Assembly: GCF_018350175.1 (NCBI RefSeq)
Contig: NC_058368.1
Location: 173,354,001 to 173,418,000, forward strand
Length of the DNA stretch: 64,000 nt
Reading direction: 5' to 3'
DNA from: Felis catus
Lineage: Eukaryota
Below are positions 59,558 through 64,000 of this stretch, one piece after another. Under the pieces are notes generated by a model, which did no database searches, was not told the origin of the DNA, and saw only the letters and a program-made list of their open reading frames with translations. The translations under genes and the position numbers were made by a program. Within the stretch, counting starts at the first letter, position 1. Every line of letters starts with the position of its first letter.

Positions 59558-59751
59558 GGGGTGCCTGGATGGCTTAGTTGGTTAAGCATCCGACTTTGGC
59601 TCAGGTCATGATCTCACGGTTGGTGAGTTCAAGCTGACAGCTCAGAGCCAGGAGCCTGCTTCAGATTCTGTGTCTCCCTCTCTCTCTGCTCCTCCCCAGC
59701 TTGTGCTCTCTCATATAAATAAATAAATGAACATTAAAAAAAATAAAAAAA
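59558..59751 (+). mobile_element. Can-SINE with an internal deletion, inserted in a hAT-type MER (about 59415-59870)
   Basis: TSD gaaaa(c/t)aatatgtgtga at 59541-59557 and 59752-59768. Confidence 0.93.
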
Positions 59752-62599
59752 GAAAATAATATGTGTGAAATTATAGGTTTGCTGCGTGAGGATATTTTTC
59801 TGGTATAGATTAACACAAACAAATAACACATAATTAAGAGCGTTTTCCGGGTACCCCCTTGACCCTTGGGGAGCAGCCTCCGGGGCTGGGATCCCTGGTC
59901 TGGTGGCCAGCCAACCATGCCATGCGTGGCCAGAACACCCAGAGCCTCCACCCACTAGCCAGGAAACTTTGCACAAGCATTATTCAATGTTACTCATTAT
60001 AATCGGGGTATTGCCAACTGATTCCCTCACACAGATGCAGAACCTTTCCTACGTTGTGGCTGTGGGTTGTTTTTGTGCTGAAGTGTTTGCAGCCTTTGAT
60101 GAAAGGTGGCCCGAGACGGCCTCCCAGACAGAAGGCAGCTTGCTGCGGCTACCACCTGAGGTCTCCAGAAAATTTTCTTCTTTCAGAGCCTGTGCTCTTG
60201 CGACGCAGAGCCTTTCTCCTTCTTCTTCTGAGGTCGGTTATTGCTTTTAGCCCAGAGCAATGGCAAGACTCAGAGAGCAAAGATACAGCGGGAGCCCTAA
60301 AATAAATTACAAAGTCCAAAATGGAACGCACTTCAAGTGAGCCCTGAGTGAAAAATAGGTAACGTTTTAGTGCCGTTTTCATAAAAGAAACCACCACACC
60401 AATATGTCATTGGGTCTTTTTAACTGTGGCATCTGAATAGATTTAAATCTGATTTTTGACATGACTGGTGCCTCTCAGACATTTGAGTGGCTGCAGCATA
60501 TCCAGGCCGGATGGTAACTGACCGCTTTTTGATCATTCTTCAGCAAATTCATTCATTTCTTCCGCAAGTATCAATAAAGACATAGAGAGTGCAAGCTCTC
60601 TGCAAGACGCTGGGCTGCTGGTGATGAGCCACACCACCCGCAGGGAGCCTGGGGTCTGGTGGACAAGCTGAAATCATCTCGAGGAAACTTCTGGCACAGA
60701 TTTGAAGGCACCTGGGGGGCAGATTTGAAGGCCTCTGGCCCAGGAGTTTCCAGGAAAGTTTTGCTGGACCACAGGGGCTCAGTGCTCTGCGTCATTCTTT
60801 TAGAAGCTTTTCCTCCTGCGGTGAGCACCCTGGCCGCTGGCTCCCCCGCAGTGGAGCTCCTGCCCCACCAAGTGATTGACAGGCACAACCTCACCACAGG
60901 ATCAGGAACCTCTAAGCAACGTGAATGCAAATTAGCCAAGTTCCACGGGTGACTGCACCATCCCTCTTTTTCTGGATATAAGTCTGGTACAGATGCCAAA
61001 GTTCAGAACTGAGTGTTGCCCCAAAGGGGGCAACCTGTTTTCCTAGATGCACAGGGCAGGCTCTTAGCCCGTGAGCAGGGTGCTGCGTCCTACAGCCATC
61101 CCTGGCCTCGGGAGCAATTGCAAACTTGTTCACACATGGCCTGGGGGCAGGAAGCGTTTTTCCTCTTTATGCCATTGTCCCCTCTCAGTGTGCTCTGCCT
61201 TCCCTTCTGGAGGACGGCCAGAATGGGAAAGTGGACTCTCATTCCTGGGGCTCAGACCAGCATCGCTCCCATCCAGAGCACTGATGGGGAACAAGCTGAC
61301 CTCTGACCATTCATGACCACAGGCGCCTACAAAACCACTCAGGGCAATGTAGCTTCCGCGTAGCAACCTGGCGGTCCAGCAAAAAAGGCAGGGTGCGAGT
61401 GTGAAAGGGAGGCACGTGACACTGATCTGGCACAGGCTCCCCTCCCACCTCCCTTCTCCCTCAGCCTCAGCCAATGCAAAACCCTGTCCATCAGCGTCTT
61501 CCTCCCTTGTGCCTAGGCCAGTGGCTTTTGAGCCTTTGCAGCTTGGATGTCTGGTTCTGCAGCAAGTGACTCATGCTTGGCTGTGGAGGCTGGGAGAGGA
61601 AAGACACCCTAAGGGCAAGGAGAAGAAATTCAGTTACTGCAGAGGTGGGTGAGTGGGAGATAAACATACTGATCAAAACTTCAATGTGCATGAGCTCATT
61701 CACCGAGCAACTTGCCAGAGACCCACCAATGAGTCAGGGACGAGTCTATTGCTCAGACCAGAAACAAGGACTGCCAGGAAGTTCCAGAGAGGGGAAGCCT
61801 CTTAGAAGGGGCTCTTCTGACCTTGGCCGTGAGGGCAACTTCCTCAAGAGTCTGGCTGGGAGCTGGAAGCAAGCAACCAGGCTTAGGGGCTTGTGAAGTT
61901 CTCTCCCCTCTGAGGCTAGAGGTAGTTTCCTCTTGGACCACTTCTGCAGTGGACAGCCTGCAGCCCTGGCTGGACAGAAACTTGAACTTTGGGAGTGTGT
62001 CAGGAGGGTGCTGAAGCCAATGTGAGCAGAAGGGAATTATTAGATGGCTTTGGGGGCCCTTGTCAAATCAGGATGCTGGGGCACCAGGGCTGGAGATGAG
62101 CAGGACGTAAGCCGAGGAGGCAGAAAGCCCAGGAGATGACTTGAAGCCTTGTCAGCTTGGTGCTGAGGCCACTGAAATGCCAGAGCCACAGGGAGACAGG
62201 ACAGGCCCTCCTGCTGTCTCCAAGGTCCCTGAGACACTTGATCAAAAGTCAGGGTTCCAGAAGCAGGCATCTGATTGAAAAGCTCAGGCCCTAAGCCCAC
62301 ACCTGGCTGCATCAAAGGTTAGGGAGAGGAAACCTCGTAGTACCTTTGCTTCTGCCCTGGGACACGAGTGCCAGAGTCACTCAAATACAGAGGGGAAGTT
62401 TGGGGTAATATATGAGAAGAGGGTGGATCCTGAGCAGCCGGAAAATGACAAGCAGCCACCATCGGCAGCAGGACTGCTTTCCTATCTTTTGCATTTCCTT
62501 TGCTCTGTTCTTGTTTTCCCTTTAGCACATGTGGGTTGTAGCATGCAAGCTGGGTTCCCAATCAGAGGCCCCACCAGCCTTAGCAGCTGCACTGGAGAT

Positions 62600-63165
62600 G
62601 AGAGAAGAATGTGAAGAGAGAGGCTGCACACCCTGAGCCATGGGACAGTCCGGTGCCCAGAACCGCCTCCTCTGGGGCTGCAGTGGACACCTGAAGTTTG
62701 GCTGGGCAGGCATCTTTTCACTCCTCTCTCATATTCTCCTTTGGGCTCTGGGGGTGGGCAGTGACCGAGACCCCAGCCTATCAGTTCATTCCATACCCCA
62801 GGCACAGTGGTTGGCCTACAAAGGTCCAATTCAGGCCAACGACACTCAGGGTCAGCCTGATCTTCTTTCTGAAGCTGACCCCAAAAAGAGGAGAACTCGC
62901 GGTAAGGCAGGTGCATCTTGCCACCACAGAGGGAGGTCCCAGGGCTTCTGAGGGCCCCCACGCTGAGCTCAAGATTGAAGCCAGCGCAGCAGAAGGCAGG
63001 CCCCAAAGAGAAAGAAAGTGAGTCCTGAGGACCCCATTGCAATCCTGGATCCACCTGTGTCTGAAGACCACCTTCTGACTTTTCAGTTATGAGAACCAAA
63101 ACATATCCTTTCCTGCATAAGCTAGTTTGGGTTGGGTTTTCCATCACTCGCGAACAAAAATGACC
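62600..63165 (+). mobile_element. MLT1K-like LTR
   Basis: 'aggcacagtggttggcc', 'cctggatccacctgtgtctgaag...gacttttcagttatgagaacca...taagctagtttgggttgggtttt'. Confidence 0.6.
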
Positions 63166-64000
63166 TGGCCAAAAAATACAGTGGGGTGGAACGTATCAGG
63201 GAAAGACACCCTCAGTCCTCCCAAAGGTTCAAGTAAGAGGCAGGTGTGTGTGTGTGTGGGGGGGGGGGCATCTGTGTATGTGTGTATGAGTGTGCAATTT
63301 TTTTTTTTAATTTCAGCCCTACTCAGCTGTAATGAAGGAAACTAGGGAAGCTTTTTATTCTGCTTGAGCCAGAGTTTTAGAGCAAGAAGCCACATTATAG
63401 GAGACTCCCACAGTAGTAGGGACAGAAATGACAATTCTTCTCAAGGGGGATGTGAAATTTGGGAGGGGAAGGTCCCAGCCAGAGACTCTTGTCCCTGCTG
63501 TTCATTCCCACCTGGAGACCCTCCTCCTAGAGCTTTTCTATTTTCTTTTAATAAGAGACCTGATTCTTTCCTCCAGTCTGTAATCTCATATTTTAAATGC
63601 AGCTTGACTCAGCTTTCAAAATCAACAGATAATACTATAAATACCTGGTATTTGTGAAGCTCTGTCACCGCAAATCCTCACCCTTCCTCCGCCCCTCCCC
63701 TTCCTGAGTCCCACTGCTTCCTCAGCACCAGAGCAGAGCCATCATCTTCTCTCTGGGTCGGTGCTCACCCTCCCTCTGTGGCCTCTGCCACCGCCCACTC
63801 GCCCCAATGGGTCAGAACCAAGGCGACGGCAGCCCCAGACGCTGCTTACAGAATCGCCCTGCGCTGAGCCTTCTCCCCCGGTGTCCTTGCTGCTCTCTGC
63901 TCCCACCTTCTACCTCGCCCACCTCTGAAGCCAGCGCATATCCCCAAAACCAGCTTCTCCTCCCTCTCTCCCCATTACCGGCGCTCCCATCCTCCCCGAG

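Noticed and set aside
4482..63063. Dispersed motif cctggatccagccatgcctga (about 4482, 18320, 25594, 37262, 38292, 63043)
   Set aside because: It looked like a novel dispersed repeat, but each copy sits in an MLT1K-like LTR. It is not an array and not CRISPR.

Overview
This is mammalian genomic DNA from a felid, judged by its cat-type Can-SINEs. The only protein-coding sequence I can support is the 70-nt first coding exon of the netrin receptor UNC5A on the minus strand (13341->13272, signal peptide MAVRPGLWPALLGMVLAAWLHGT-G, followed by a GTGAGT donor). It sits in a CpG-island promoter. Bases 1-13271 are part of the long first intron and include a second CpG island at about 5.6-6.3 kb. Bases from about 13.7 kb to 64 kb are gene-free upstream DNA. 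They are filled with ancient repeats (MIR, L2, MLT1/MER21 LTRs, hAT MERs, an AT-rich L1 block at about 51-59 kb), eleven Can-SINEs and microsatellites. Between the repeats are several non-repetitive islands rich in homeodomain, SOX and E-box motifs that look like neural enhancers. The six-frame ORF track is almost all noise and misses the real exon. I see no new gene system here. The most interesting signals are regulatory: a strong-Kozak uORF in frame with UNC5A, a second Kozak ATG inside the signal peptide, an intronic CpG island with OTX/SOX motifs, an expanded RE1-like site, CTCF-like sites and a very young SINE. Repeat family names come from memory of consensus sequences, and boundaries of old repeats are approximate.
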